Assembly: GCA_965220645.1 (NCBI GenBank)
Contig: OZ244836.1
Span: forward strand, 660,075 to 724,074
Length of the DNA: 64,000 nt
DNA from: Candidatus Aldehydirespirator sp.
GTDB taxonomy: Bacteria > Actinomycetota > Acidimicrobiia > Acidimicrobiales > Aldehydirespiratoraceae
Reading direction: 5' to 3'
Each line of letters starts with the position of its first letter. The stretch's first letter is position 1. Of the stretch, positions 9,843-20,292 are shown piece by piece. The position numbers and the translations under genes are program-made. The notes beneath the pieces were generated by a model. The model worked only from the letters and a program-made list of their open reading frames with translations. It searched no databases and was not told where the DNA came from.

Positions 9843-10309
9843 TATGACATCAAATCCACACCCTTCCACACCGCGACACCGAAATCCCCACCCTGTTCAC
9901 GTTCAACGCGCGGATTTCCCCACGGATGCCCACACCTGAATTACAGCGGTGTAAGTCCTTCCAGTAGACTGCGGCCCATGACATAGAACTCGCAAGAACG
10001 ACGAATCCCGCACGCTGCAACGTGCGGGAGTTCGGAGCCTCCAACGAAGGGAGGGACTTAGAACAATGCTGACTAGGCAAGAGAACCCTACCGCGGCGCG
10101 CGGCCGTGCGCAACTCGCAGCGTTTCCGGGTTGGGAATGGAGCCTCGATCTCGACCTGGACGACTACCGCGTCCTGCCACCTGCCAGCGACCCCGACCCT
10201 GGCGACGACCTACCATTGTCGGCGCGATCTCCGGTTGGGCACCATCCGACATAACCCCCTTCGGTCGTGTGCGCTGACCAGGCATGATTCGCTTGCATCC
10301 GGGGAACCC

Positions 10310-10673
10310 ATGTGTCGCATTCTGTACCGGTCGTCTGTAGCGAGGGCCTCAAGATTCTCAAGACTCCAGTCCATACCCCGGTAGGCAACGCGTTCGCCGA
10401 ACGCTGGATCGGCACCCTGCGACGCGAGCTCCTCGACCGCACCATCATCTGGAACCGTCGCCAACTCAACAGGCTCGTCGTCGACTACATCGATCATTAC
10501 AACACGCACCGGCCCCACCGTTCGCTCGATCAGCGACCACCCGTCGCCACCGACGCTGCAGACCAGCCAGATGGGCACCTCCAGGTCGTGAAGACGACCC
10601 GCTGCGATGGCCTCATCAACGAATACAAACATGCCGCCTGACCAGCCACGACACGATATTGGGCACCCACAGG
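10310..10673 (+). pseudogene. Internally deleted rve-integrase IS (C-terminal core plus end)
   Basis: NAFAERWIGTLRRELLD...HYNTHRPHRSL...GLINEYKHAA*. Confidence 0.8.
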
Positions 10674-10935
10674 CGTCCAGTTCTGGCGAGACCTGAGGGT
10701 GTCTGCGACCGTCTCGCACCCTGAGCCGGCCAGCGCTACGGGCTGAGCCTCAGATGATCCGGCGTCTCGAGCCTGATCCGGTGTCAGCGGTCTTTTGCCT
10801 GTTCAGCAGGTATTTCTTGCAGGGCTGAAGAAAAAGTCTCGCCGATTCCCGGGAATCTTGCCGGTGACAAAATCCTGCAACATTCCATTCCTACCGTGCG
10901 CAGCATCACGAAATTCTCACGAAAGGAGTGGAAGC

Positions 10936-12474
10936 GTGATTGGCAGAATGCTAAAGACGAAAAAGTTCCTGATCGGGTCGGTGCTGGGAGCTGTTCTCGG
11001 CGCCGGGATACTGGTCGGCTGCGCCGACGACCCGAACGAAGGCCGCTCCGGCGGGGAGAGTGCCGGTGAGCACGGCTCCGCCGGCGAGGGCGGCACCGAA
11101 GGCGGCGGCGAGTCCGGCGGCGGAGGCGAGGAGGGCAGCGCAGCAATGCTGGCTCCCGACCAGATCTTCGACGCGGTCCGCGGCGGCGCCCAGCTGGTGA
11201 TGGGCTACGACTCCACCAACAACTCCTTCACGGGCACGGTGGCCAACACCACCAACGGGCCCCTGACCCGAGTCCGCATCGAGGTGCACCTGGACAACGG
11301 GACCGAGCTGGGCCCGACCACTCCGGCGGATCTCGCTCCCGGCGAGGTGATGGCGGTCAACCTGCCCTCGACGCAGGCTTCGTTCACCGGCTGGGTCGCC
11401 CATGCTGAGGTCGGCGGTGGCGAGGGCGGCGGCGAGCACGGCGGCAGCGGCGGCGAGTCCGGTTCTGAGGGTGCCGAGGGCGCTGACGGCGAGTCCGGTT
11501 CTGAGGGTGCCGGCGGCGAGGGCGGCTCAGAGAGCGCCGGCGGCGAGAGCGGCGTCGAACTCAACGAGGCCGCCATGTCAAGCCCGGTCGTGCCGCTGAA
11601 CCAGACCTGGGACGGGACCCTGGGTCCGTTGGCGGTGTCGGCCTGGTACGACCAGGCGACCCAGACGGTGCACTCCACAGTGCAGAACACCAGCTCCCAG
11701 ACCCAGTGCTACGTGCAGGCCGAGCCTCACCTGAAGTCGGGAACGACCACGGTGGGGGAGCTGGGCCCGGACAAGCTGGGCGATCTGGCCCCGGGCCAGC
11801 AGGCGACCACGAGTGTGGCGCTGGCCACTGAGCCGGCGCTGGCAGGAGTGGCCTTCGACGGCTATGTCGTGCACATGGAGGTCTTCGACTGCGCCGGCCC
11901 CGGACCCCAGCCCCACACCGCTGAAGGCGGCGGCGCCGAGGGCGCCGGAGGCGAGGGCCACGGCGCCGGCGGCGAGGGCGGCTCAGAGAGCGGCACCGAA
12001 GGTGCAGAGTCCGGCGGTGGCGGTGAGGAGGGCAGCGGCGCCAACGCCCTGGCGCTGGATGCGACCTTCGACCAGACCCGCAACGGCGCCCGGCTCGTCA
12101 TGGCCTATGACCCGGCCACCAACACCTTCAACGGCACCGTCATCAACACCACCAACAACACCTTGACCCGAGCCCGGGTGGAGGTGCACCTCACCAACGG
12201 CGTCGAGTTGGGCCCGACCACCCCGGTGAACCTGGCCCCGGGCCAGAGCGTGGCCATCAACCTGGACGTCACCCAGGCCTCCTTCACCGGCTGGACGCCC
12301 CACGTCGAGGTCGGCAGCGGCGAGGGCGGCGGCTCCGGCACCGAAGGCGCCGGCGAGCACGGCGGCAGCGGCGGTGAGTCCGGCTCAGAGGGCGGCGGCG
12401 AGTCCGGCTACGACAGCGGCACCGAGGGTGCCGGCGAGCACGGCGGCAGCGGCGGTGAGTCCGGCTCCGGCTAG
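10936..12474 (+). CDS. Lipoprotein with three repeated (FxLYD-like) beta domains and Gly/Glu/His-rich linkers
   Basis: AAGGAG SD before GTG 10936; lipobox ILVGC; domains 1 and 3 clearly paralogous; GGESGSEGAGEHGG repeats. Confidence 0.8.
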   Translation: MIGRMLKTKKFLIGSVLGAVLGAGILVGCADDPNEGRSGGESAGEHGSAGEGGTEGGGESGGGGEEGSAAMLAPDQIFDAVRGGAQLVMGYDSTNNSFTGTVANTTNGPLTRVRIEVHLDNGTELGPTTPADLAPGEVMAVNLPSTQASFTGWVAHAEVGGGEGGGEHGGSGGESGSEGAEGADGESGSEGAGGEGGSESAGGESGVELNEAAMSSPVVPLNQTWDGTLGPLAVSAWYDQATQTVHSTVQNTSSQTQCYVQAEPHLKSGTTTVGELGPDKLGDLAPGQQATTSVALATEPALAGVAFDGYVVHMEVFDCAGPGPQPHTAEGGGAEGAGGEGHGAGGEGGSESGTEGAESGGGGEEGSGANALALDATFDQTRNGARLVMAYDPATNTFNGTVINTTNNTLTRARVEVHLTNGVELGPTTPVNLAPGQSVAINLDVTQASFTGWTPHVEVGSGEGGGSGTEGAGEHGGSGGESGSEGGGESGYDSGTEGAGEHGGSGGESGSG

Positions 12475-12605
12475 AGCCATCGGCACAGGCCGCGGAAGCA
12501 CGGCCTGAATGCGAGTGCGGACAGGAGCGATGCAATTCCCGCCCCTGTCCGCCTCGCGCGGCCCGAGCGGAATATCGAGGGGGATACGAGGGAGATACTC
12601 TGGTC

Positions 12606-13286
12606 ATGGTGGCGATGAGCGGTGAAGTGTTGATCATCGAGGACGACACGAGGATCGCGAACTGGGTCAAGGTGTACTTCGAGCGGGCCGGATACACCGC
12701 GACGGTCGCCCACGACGGCCTGTCCGGCCTGAAGCTGGCCCGTCGCACGAGCCCGGACCTGATAATCCTCGACCTGATGCTGCCCCGCATCGAGGGAGTG
12801 GAGCTGTGCAAGATCCTCCGTCAGAAGTCGGACGTTCCGATAATCATGCTGACGGCCAAGGAGGCCACCGCAGAGCGGATCGTCGGACTCGAGAGCGGCG
12901 CCGACGACTACATCGTCAAGCCCTTCGACCCGGACGAGGTCATCGCCCGGGCCGAGGCGGTGCTCCGCCGGGTCCAGCACAGAGTCCAGAGGGTCCTGAC
13001 CGGCGGCAGCATCACGCTCAACGAGACCACCGGGGTCGTGACCGTCGATGACGAGCCGGTGACGCTGAGCCAGGCGCAGACCGCCCTGCTGTCGACGTTC
13101 ATGCGCCATCCCAACCAGTTGCTCACCCGTGAACAGCTCATCTCGTTGACCTTCGACGACGATTTCGACGGGTTCGACCGGGCCATCGACAGCCAGATCT
13201 CCCGGCTGCGAAAGCAGATCAACCGAGACGGCAGGCAGCCCATCGAGACTGTGTACGGTGGCGGCTACCGGTTCGTGGGGGAGTGA
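12606..13286 (+). CDS. OmpR-family response regulator
   Basis: IEDD, DLIILDLMLP, MLTAK, GADDYIVKPF, winged-helix tail IETVYGGGYRF. Confidence 0.95.
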   Translation: MVAMSGEVLIIEDDTRIANWVKVYFERAGYTATVAHDGLSGLKLARRTSPDLIILDLMLPRIEGVELCKILRQKSDVPIIMLTAKEATAERIVGLESGADDYIVKPFDPDEVIARAEAVLRRVQHRVQRVLTGGSITLNETTGVVTVDDEPVTLSQAQTALLSTFMRHPNQLLTREQLISLTFDDDFDGFDRAIDSQISRLRKQINRDGRQPIETVYGGGYRFVGE

Positions 13287-13289
13287 ACG

Positions 13290-14702
13290 ATGTCGCTGCG
13301 CTGGCGGATCATGGGCTCGACCGTCCTTGTCGTCCTCATCACGGTGCTGGTCAGCATCGGTGTGGGCTACTACGCCACGCAGACCAACCTGGGTGACTTC
13401 GTGGACGAGATCGGCGACGACGAGGCTATCCAGCTGGGCCGGAGCCTGAGCCGCGAGTACACCGCGTCCGGCGGCTGGGACACAGTGGGCAGCTCGCTGT
13501 CAGAGGCCGGATACATCTCCGGCGAGAGTCCAGACGAGGCCGGGCACGAGGGAGGGTCCGAGACCAGCGCGGGGGAGGTCTCGGAGGCGCTCAACCATGA
13601 CCGGGTGAGAATCGTCATCGTCGACGTCGACGGGCGGGTGGTGGCCGACAATCTGTCCGAGCTGGCGTCCGGGACAGACGCACCCGACCTGGAAGGGCGC
13701 CGCGAGACGGTGTTCGACCTGGGCACCAACCAGCCGGTCGGACACGTCTATGTGGACGTGAACCGCGACTTCCTATCGACCGAATCGGACGGGTTTCTCG
13801 ACACGCTGCTCTACCTCACCCTCGTCGGCGGAGCGCTGACGGTCGGCGTCGCCGTGCTGCTGGCCGCCTGGCTGTCGAAGCGGGTCACCGCGCCGGTGAC
13901 CGCCTTGACCGAGGCCACCCAGGCGATCGCGCAGGGGGACACGGCCCGGCTGCCGGTCGCCTCCTCGGACGAGCTGGGAAGGATGAGCGCGGCCTTCAAC
14001 CGGATGACCTCCACCCTGGAGACCCAGCGCGAGCTCCGCAGGCGGCTGATCAACGACGTCTCCCATGAGATCAACACGCCCCTGAGCGTCATACTGCTGG
14101 AGGCGAGAGGACTGCGCGACGGGCTCCAGACCGCGGAGAGCGCCTCCGACCACATCACCCAGGAAGTGGACCGGCTGCGCGGCCTGGTGACCGACCTGGA
14201 CTGGCTCGCCGAGACCGACCATGGGGAGATGAGGCTCAGCCTCCAGGAATGCTCGATACATGAACTGCTCACGGCGGAAGCGAAGCGCTGGCAGCCGCAG
14301 TCCCAGGCCCAGCAGGTGGAGTTGTCGCTGCAGGCGCCCGGCGACCTGCCGCCCATGGATCTCGACCGGATGCGGATGAGCCAGGCACTGGGAAACGTGG
14401 TGGGCAACGCCGTCCATTGCACCGACGCGGGCGGGAGCGTCGTGATCACAGCCGAGCCGGAGGGCAGCGAGACGCTGGCCGTCTCCGTCGTCGACGACGG
14501 GATCGGCATCGACGCCGCCGACCTCCCCCACGTCTTCGACCGCTTCTACCGCACCGACCAGTCCCGCAGCCGCGGGATAGCCGGCACAGGCATGGGACTG
14601 GCCATCACCGAAGCCATAGTCGCAGCCCACGGGGGCACCACCACCGTGACCAGTGACGGGCCCGGGCACGGCGCCGCCGTGACTATCCGCCTTCCCTTGT
14701 GA
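13290..14702 (+). CDS. HAMP-domain sensor histidine kinase
   Basis: Two TM segments, HAMP, SHEINTPL H-box, N/G1/F/G2 boxes. Confidence 0.95.
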   Translation: MSLRWRIMGSTVLVVLITVLVSIGVGYYATQTNLGDFVDEIGDDEAIQLGRSLSREYTASGGWDTVGSSLSEAGYISGESPDEAGHEGGSETSAGEVSEALNHDRVRIVIVDVDGRVVADNLSELASGTDAPDLEGRRETVFDLGTNQPVGHVYVDVNRDFLSTESDGFLDTLLYLTLVGGALTVGVAVLLAAWLSKRVTAPVTALTEATQAIAQGDTARLPVASSDELGRMSAAFNRMTSTLETQRELRRRLINDVSHEINTPLSVILLEARGLRDGLQTAESASDHITQEVDRLRGLVTDLDWLAETDHGEMRLSLQECSIHELLTAEAKRWQPQSQAQQVELSLQAPGDLPPMDLDRMRMSQALGNVVGNAVHCTDAGGSVVITAEPEGSETLAVSVVDDGIGIDAADLPHVFDRFYRTDQSRSRGIAGTGMGLAITEAIVAAHGGTTTVTSDGPGHGAAVTIRLPL

Positions 14703-14768
14703 CCGGTGCCGTGACCGCCGCCCGACGCCACCGGAGAGAGTCGATCTCAGACCCATGAGAGCGTTGCG

Positions 14769-16055
14769 GTGATCGACCCGATGCCGCCGGCCGCGGTCTG
14801 CGTTCTCCCCTGGGACGGGCCCGTTGCCGACACGGTCGAGGCGATCGGTCAGGCCCGGGCGGATTGCGGCGACACGTTCGTGGTGGACAGCGGTGAGGAT
14901 CGCTACCTGTTCCTGTTCTCGGAGGCGGGACTGCACAGCTTCTACACCGTGCCCGAGACGCAGGCCAGCAAGGGCATCGCCGATTGCAGGATGCTGCGCC
15001 GCAAGCTCCCCGACGAGCTGTTCGCGGGGCGCCGCACCCTGCCCCACGAGCTGTTCGGCCGGGTAGCGGTGGCCGGCTACCTCGACGCGCTCGAGGAGGC
15101 GATCTCACTGCAGCTCGCAGAGCTGAGCCCCGGCTGCGAGATCGAAGTGTTCGACTTCTCGCGGCGGCTCGGGCACCGGCTGGGCTTGGCGAGCTGGGCC
15201 GGTCGGGAGGTCCTGCGATCAGCCCGGTTCGACGAGCTGGTGGCGGCGCTGGACGCGCTCGACGGGGCCGAAGCGTTCGTGTCGCCGGAGCGGATGCGTG
15301 AGGTGGCTCTCACCGACAAGGCCGCCGAACGGCAGGCGATGGCCCGAGCCGAGGAGATCCTGGCCGAGTCGATCGGCGCGCGGGTCGAGCCCGGTGACGA
15401 CCTGCTGGGCACCACCATCCGGCGATGGGACGACACCGCGGCAGCCGACAGAATGACCGGCATCGCCCGTGACGTGATTCTGGTGCACATCGGGTCGATG
15501 TCGAACCTGTTCGCGGCGCTGGGCTGGTCGCTGGTGCACCTGGTGCAGCATCCCGACGTGCTGGCGCGGCTGCGCGGCGGATCGGATCGGGGCGCCGACG
15601 CCGAGCTGGCGTCGCGCTGCGTGCTGGAGTCGATACGCATCGCCCAGCGCTCCATCATGCTGCGCACAGTGCTGGAACCGGCAGTCATCGACGACGGCTC
15701 GCAGGCCTACCACGTGTCACAGGGGGCCACGCTGGCGACGTTCCTGCCGCTCACCAATCTCGCCGGCGCGCCCGGACTCGGCTCCTACGACCCCGACCGC
15801 TGGCAGGGCCGCCACCTCATCTCGCCCGCCGGACTGCCGGCGGAGGCCATCACGACCTTCGGCCACGGCCCGCACACCTGCCCGGCCCGGCCGTTCTCGG
15901 TGACGGCGATGGTGCGAGTCATCGAACGACTCTTCGGGTCCTGTGACCTGCAGCGCCGATTCGACGATGCCGTGCCGCGGCCCGGTCAGATCGGCGGTGT
16001 CGCTCGCGCCGCCGCGCCCTGCAACGTCGTGGTCACACCGCGCGCACCCGCCTGA
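14769..16055 (+). CDS. Cytochrome P450 (atypical I-helix)
   Basis: ESIR (ExxR), YDPDRW, FGHGPHTCPAR heme motif. Confidence 0.9.
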   Translation: MIDPMPPAAVCVLPWDGPVADTVEAIGQARADCGDTFVVDSGEDRYLFLFSEAGLHSFYTVPETQASKGIADCRMLRRKLPDELFAGRRTLPHELFGRVAVAGYLDALEEAISLQLAELSPGCEIEVFDFSRRLGHRLGLASWAGREVLRSARFDELVAALDALDGAEAFVSPERMREVALTDKAAERQAMARAEEILAESIGARVEPGDDLLGTTIRRWDDTAAADRMTGIARDVILVHIGSMSNLFAALGWSLVHLVQHPDVLARLRGGSDRGADAELASRCVLESIRIAQRSIMLRTVLEPAVIDDGSQAYHVSQGATLATFLPLTNLAGAPGLGSYDPDRWQGRHLISPAGLPAEAITTFGHGPHTCPARPFSVTAMVRVIERLFGSCDLQRRFDDAVPRPGQIGGVARAAAPCNVVVTPRAPA

Positions 16056-16096
16056 GCGGGCGAGCCTGCCCCGAGACGAAGGCCGACTCGGTGGCC

Positions 16097-16203
16097 GGTC
16101 GCGTCGCTGGGGGGCGCCGGACTCGGTCGGCTGGTCGCGTCGCTGGGGGGTGCCGGACTCGGTCGGCTGGTCGCGTCGCTGGGGGGTGCCGGACCCGGTC
16201 GGT
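16097..16203. repeat. Three tandem 36-bp repeats
   Basis: GGTCGCGTCGCTGGGGGGTGCCGGACTCGGTCGGCT at 16097, 16133, 16169; no spacers. Confidence 0.9.
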
Positions 16204-16720
16204 TGCGCCTGTCGATTCGCGGCCACGATCACGAACTCGATCGGCGCAGCGCCACATACTCTGCTACAAGAATGTTCTCGTGTTGGTTATTGTTTGTTGG
16301 TTTGACCCACCATCGGTTGCCTTTGGTGTCGTGAGCGAGAAACACCCCTGATTTCCCGAAGGTTTTTTCAGGGCCTGTTCGGGCGAGTTGAGGCACGCTG
16401 GGGATGGAAGCGGGTCGGCTTCCGGCTATGCGTCCACTCCAGTTGGCCCTGGGCGGTGAACTAGCCACGGGACCCAGGGGCCGTTACGGCGTGTGTCAGC
16501 GGCCCTGCTGACTCATGCAAAGTTCTGTTGCATCGATGATCGAGCTTGATCGGCAAGAGATAATGCATCATCTTGAATGATGTGCTGGACTCAGATGATG
16601 TTTGCAGGCTTCGCCAGCAGTCGAACGAACAGTTACCGGGTTGGCGCTGGGAACAGGCGCACATTGGAGTCTCAAAAGGGTGGTGTGCCCTGTGTTTCGC
16701 GCGGTCGGGTTGTTTGAATC

Positions 16721-16924
16721 TCAGGCTGTGTTGGCGTGGCGGATCTCGTATTCGACGGGTGTGAGCATGCCGAGTGATGAGTGCCGCCGTTGCCGGTTGT
16801 GGAAGATCTCAAGGTACTCGAATATGGCGTTGGATAGTTCCAGGCGGGTTCTCCAGCGCCTTCGGTTGAGCAGCTCGACTTGCATGCGGGCCCAGAACGA
16901 CTCGATGACGGCGTTGTCGAAGCA
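16721..16924 (-). pseudogene. IS3-2 OrfB C-terminal piece
   Basis: CFDNAVIESFWARMQVELLNRRRW...IFEYLEIFHNRQRRHSSLGMLTP. Confidence 0.9.
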
Positions 16925-16977
16925 TTATCCGGCCAATCGCGGTCGGGGGTGAAGCGAGGTGTCGTGGGCCCGGTCGG

Positions 16978-17286
16978 TCAGATGGCTTTGCGGCGGGGTT
17001 GGCGGCGTTCGATGTGGCGGAGCCGTTCTTCTTGGTTTCGGACTCGGTCGGCGAGGGCTTCGAGCCCGGTGCGGAGGTGGGCGATTTGGGTGGCGAGTCC
17101 GGTGAGGGTGTGGGGGTCGTGGCTGTGGCTGCGGTGTTCTTCGACGACGGCTCGGAGCTGCGGGTTGCGGTAGAGGGTGGTGCGGCTGATGCCGGCGTGG
17201 TCGGCGACGGCGGTGAAGGTGATTGCTTGGCCGTTGTGGGCGAGGCGGGCGCAGGCGGCTTCGACGGCTTCGATGTTGGTGTTCAT
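16978..17286 (-). CDS. TnpC-like protein, element B2
   Basis: Same as 3398-3706. Confidence 0.8.
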   Translation of the reverse strand: MNTNIEAVEAACARLAHNGQAITFTAVADHAGISRTTLYRNPQLRAVVEEHRSHSHDPHTLTGLATQIAHLRTGLEALADRVRNQEERLRHIERRQPRRKAI

Positions 17287-19253
17287 GCGGTGTCGGCGAT
17301 GAGTGTGTCGAGGCGGTCGAGGAGGCGTCGGTGCCGGTCGGCTTCGTCGATCCAGCCGCGTGTTTGGGCGTCGGCGATGAGTGCTTGGGTGTCGACGCGC
17401 TGCGCGGCTAGCACGGCAATGGAGGCGGCGTCGGTGCGGAAGCTGGGGCAGTGCTCGCAGATGTTGGCGTAGGGGCAGGCTCCCTGGGCGGGGGCGCGTA
17501 GGCAGTGGCCTCCGGCGAGGCGCGCTTTGATGGCCGGCGCGTCGCGCCAGTCGTCGCCGGAGGTGCAGCCGTTGGCGCGGCCGTCGTTGGCGGTGACGGG
17601 GATCGATGGCCGGCCCGTCGGTGTAGGCATGGCGCCGATGCGGCCTTTGGCGAGGTCGAGGGCGCGTTCGTATTCGGCGCGGACGGTGGAGTCGAAGAGG
17701 TGCGCGTAGCGCAGGCTCATCTCGGCTGAGACGTGGCCGAGGAGGGCCATGAGCGCTTGCAGCGAGACGCCGGCGTTGACTAGGGCGGTGGCGTAGGTGT
17801 GGCGGAGCTGGTGGGGGGTGACGTGACCGATCCCGGCAGTGTTGGCGCTGCGGGCCAGTTCGGTGCGCACCGCGGTTTGGGAGAGTCGTCGTCCGTGGTG
17901 GGTGAACAGGAACTGGGTCGGCCGGCCGGTGCGGGGGTGTGGCAGCGGTTTGCCGGTCGATCGTGTGGCGGTGATCCGGTCGATGAGGGCGACGGTCTCG
18001 TCGTCGAGGGGGACCATGCGCTCGGTGTCGAGCTTGCCGAGCGGGACCTTGAGCCAGGCGCCGTGGCCGCCGATCTCGTGGACGCAGTCCAACTCGAGGT
18101 CGAGGAGCTCTCCGATGCGCAGCCCGACGGCCCGGGCCAACAGCAGGGCGTCGGCGGCGAGCCGGTAGGTGGAGGCTTCGAGCGCTTCGGTGAGGCGCCG
18201 GTCGGCGTCCACGGGCAGATAGCGGGGCAATGGCCGCGGTTGGCGGGGATGGTCGGACCGGAAGACCAGCTTGCGGGCGGGGGCGTCTTCCCAGCCCCAC
18301 TCGGTGATCTCTGCGAGCATGTGGCCCACAGCGCGGATGCGGCGGTCCTGGTCGGCGACGGTGATCGCCTGCCCGGTCTTCGATGACACTGCGCTCGCGA
18401 CGGAGTTCAGGTAGGGCTCGATGTGGCGTTGGCGGTCCAGCGCGGCGAGCGACTCGAGTTCGGGGTCGTGCTCGGCGAGGAACCGGCCGAAGCAGGCGAG
18501 GCGGGTGGCGAGGCTCGAGACGGTCTTGGGTCGACAGGTGCCGCGCTTGCGTTCGAGGTAGGCGGCCATGGCGGAGCGCAGGTTCGGGCGGCAGTCGGCC
18601 AGGCGGGCCTCGAAGCTGTCCGGCTGCTGTGGGGGCTCGGGTGGTTGGGCGACGATGTCGAGGTGGAACAGCACCGTGTGGGCGCACACGAGCGCGGTCC
18701 TGTAGTGCCGCCAGCCCTGCCCGGTCGCAGCCTCGCGTGCCCGGCACGCGTCGGCCAGGGCCTCCAGGTCGCCGATGGCCAACTGCTCCAGTGGGCGTCC
18801 GGTCTGGATCAACAGCCGGCCGACCGACTGCGACGCGGCCCGTTTCGCCTGAATCTCGCTGAACCCGACCGCTGCCGCCGTGTCGCAGAACCGGCCCATG
18901 TCGGCCTCGAGCGGCGAGTCGCAGATCTCGCGCCAGAAGCTCGAGAGCTTGCGTGACACCAGCCAGTCCCAGCCCGGCTGCAGCCACCTGTGGGCCATCA
19001 AGAACATCAGCAGCGACATCGTCGAGGGCGCCAGCACCAGCCGGGCGCCGAGGGGTTGGTCGGCCCAGGCCTGCGGGTTGGGCCAGCGGTCCAGGAACGT
19101 CCGGGCCGCCAAGTCCGAGGCCGGGTTCCCTCGGCCGGTGGCGCGCTGGCGGTCCCGCCACGCCCACAGCAGCTGGCCCGGTGCTGGGACCGGTGACGGT
19201 TCAGGTGTTGGCGCGTTGGCGGCGGCGGGCAGCATCGAACTCGGCCTTGACAT
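17283..19253 (-). CDS. Large tyrosine recombinase, element B2
   Basis: Same as 3703-5673. Confidence 0.9.
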   Translation of the reverse strand: MSRPSSMLPAAANAPTPEPSPVPAPGQLLWAWRDRQRATGRGNPASDLAARTFLDRWPNPQAWADQPLGARLVLAPSTMSLLMFLMAHRWLQPGWDWLVSRKLSSFWREICDSPLEADMGRFCDTAAAVGFSEIQAKRAASQSVGRLLIQTGRPLEQLAIGDLEALADACRAREAATGQGWRHYRTALVCAHTVLFHLDIVAQPPEPPQQPDSFEARLADCRPNLRSAMAAYLERKRGTCRPKTVSSLATRLACFGRFLAEHDPELESLAALDRQRHIEPYLNSVASAVSSKTGQAITVADQDRRIRAVGHMLAEITEWGWEDAPARKLVFRSDHPRQPRPLPRYLPVDADRRLTEALEASTYRLAADALLLARAVGLRIGELLDLELDCVHEIGGHGAWLKVPLGKLDTERMVPLDDETVALIDRITATRSTGKPLPHPRTGRPTQFLFTHHGRRLSQTAVRTELARSANTAGIGHVTPHQLRHTYATALVNAGVSLQALMALLGHVSAEMSLRYAHLFDSTVRAEYERALDLAKGRIGAMPTPTGRPSIPVTANDGRANGCTSGDDWRDAPAIKARLAGGHCLRAPAQGACPYANICEHCPSFRTDAASIAVLAAQRVDTQALIADAQTRGWIDEADRHRRLLDRLDTLIADTA

Positions 19254-20292
19254 GGGTGGGGGCCAGATGGACGTAGCGGGCGGTGGTGTCGATGTGGGCG
19301 TGGCCCAACAGGGCCTGCATCACGGCCAGGTCCACACCGGCCTCGGCCAAAGCGGTGCCGAAGGTGTGGCGCAAGGCGTGGGGATGCGCGGCCGTGATGC
19401 CGGTGATCTCGCGGTGATAGCGGAAGATCCGCCGCAGCCCCGCCGCGGTGAGCGGCTGCCCGCGGGTGGGGCCCTTGGCCACGACGAACAGCCTGGCGCT
19501 GGTCGTCTCGGGGCGCTCGGCGAGCAGGTAGGTCCCGATCACCCCGGCGACGTCCACGTCGAGGGGGACCCGGCGCTCGGTGCCGCCCTTGCCCGACACC
19601 CGCAGCCATCGGGCGCCGATGTCGGCATCGGCGACGTCGAGGGCCAACACCTCCGACGAGCGCAGCCCGCAGAACACCATCAACCCGGCGGCGGCCCGGT
19701 CCCGCCACGTGCGCAGGCTCTCCAGCAGCGCCACGACTTCTCGGTGCTCGAGCGTCTTCGGGAGCCGCTTGGCGTCGCGGACCCGCAACGGCGAGCGCCG
19801 CCGCGGCGCACGCGACACGTGCGCGAGCATCCCGCCGCGCTCACCCGCCGACGCCCGCCTGGCCTCGCGGCCCGCAGGCATCGGGTTCGGCGCGTCCGGG
19901 TCGCGCATCGACCGGAACGAGAACAACCCCGACACCGCCGCCAAGCGCAAGTTGATCGTGGCCGCAGACAACGTGTCGGTCCGGCGGCCGTCGAGCCCGA
20001 CCACGTTCGCACCGCCGGGCCGGCCAGCGACCCGCTCACTGCGGCACGCGGCCAAGAACCGCAACAACACATCCGTCGTGACCTCGCCCAGATCCAAGTC
20101 CTCGTCGCCGAGCCAGCGGCAGAACGCCAACAGCCCGAACCCATAGGTGCGTATCGTGCGAGGCGAGTAGTTCCGGTCAACCAGATACGACAGGTAGTCG
20201 TTCACCAACCCGAACCGACCGGCGCCGGCGCCGGCGAGCTGCCAGCCAACCCCAGTCCGCTCAAGGAACAACCCACCATCCGGCACGGCCAC
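19201..20292 (-). CDS. Small tyrosine recombinase, element B2
   Basis: Same as 5621-6712. Confidence 0.9.
   Translation of the reverse strand: MAVPDGGLFLERTGVGWQLAGAGAGRFGLVNDYLSYLVDRNYSPRTIRTYGFGLLAFCRWLGDEDLDLGEVTTDVLLRFLAACRSERVAGRPGGANVVGLDGRRTDTLSAATINLRLAAVSGLFSFRSMRDPDAPNPMPAGREARRASAGERGGMLAHVSRAPRRRSPLRVRDAKRLPKTLEHREVVALLESLRTWRDRAAAGLMVFCGLRSSEVLALDVADADIGARWLRVSGKGGTERRVPLDVDVAGVIGTYLLAERPETTSARLFVVAKGPTRGQPLTAAGLRRIFRYHREITGITAAHPHALRHTFGTALAEAGVDLAVMQALLGHAHIDTTARYVHLAPTHVKAEFDAARRRQRANT

Noticed and set aside
16097-16203. 36-bp repeats as a CRISPR array
   Set aside because: Units are contiguous with no spacers and there are no cas genes
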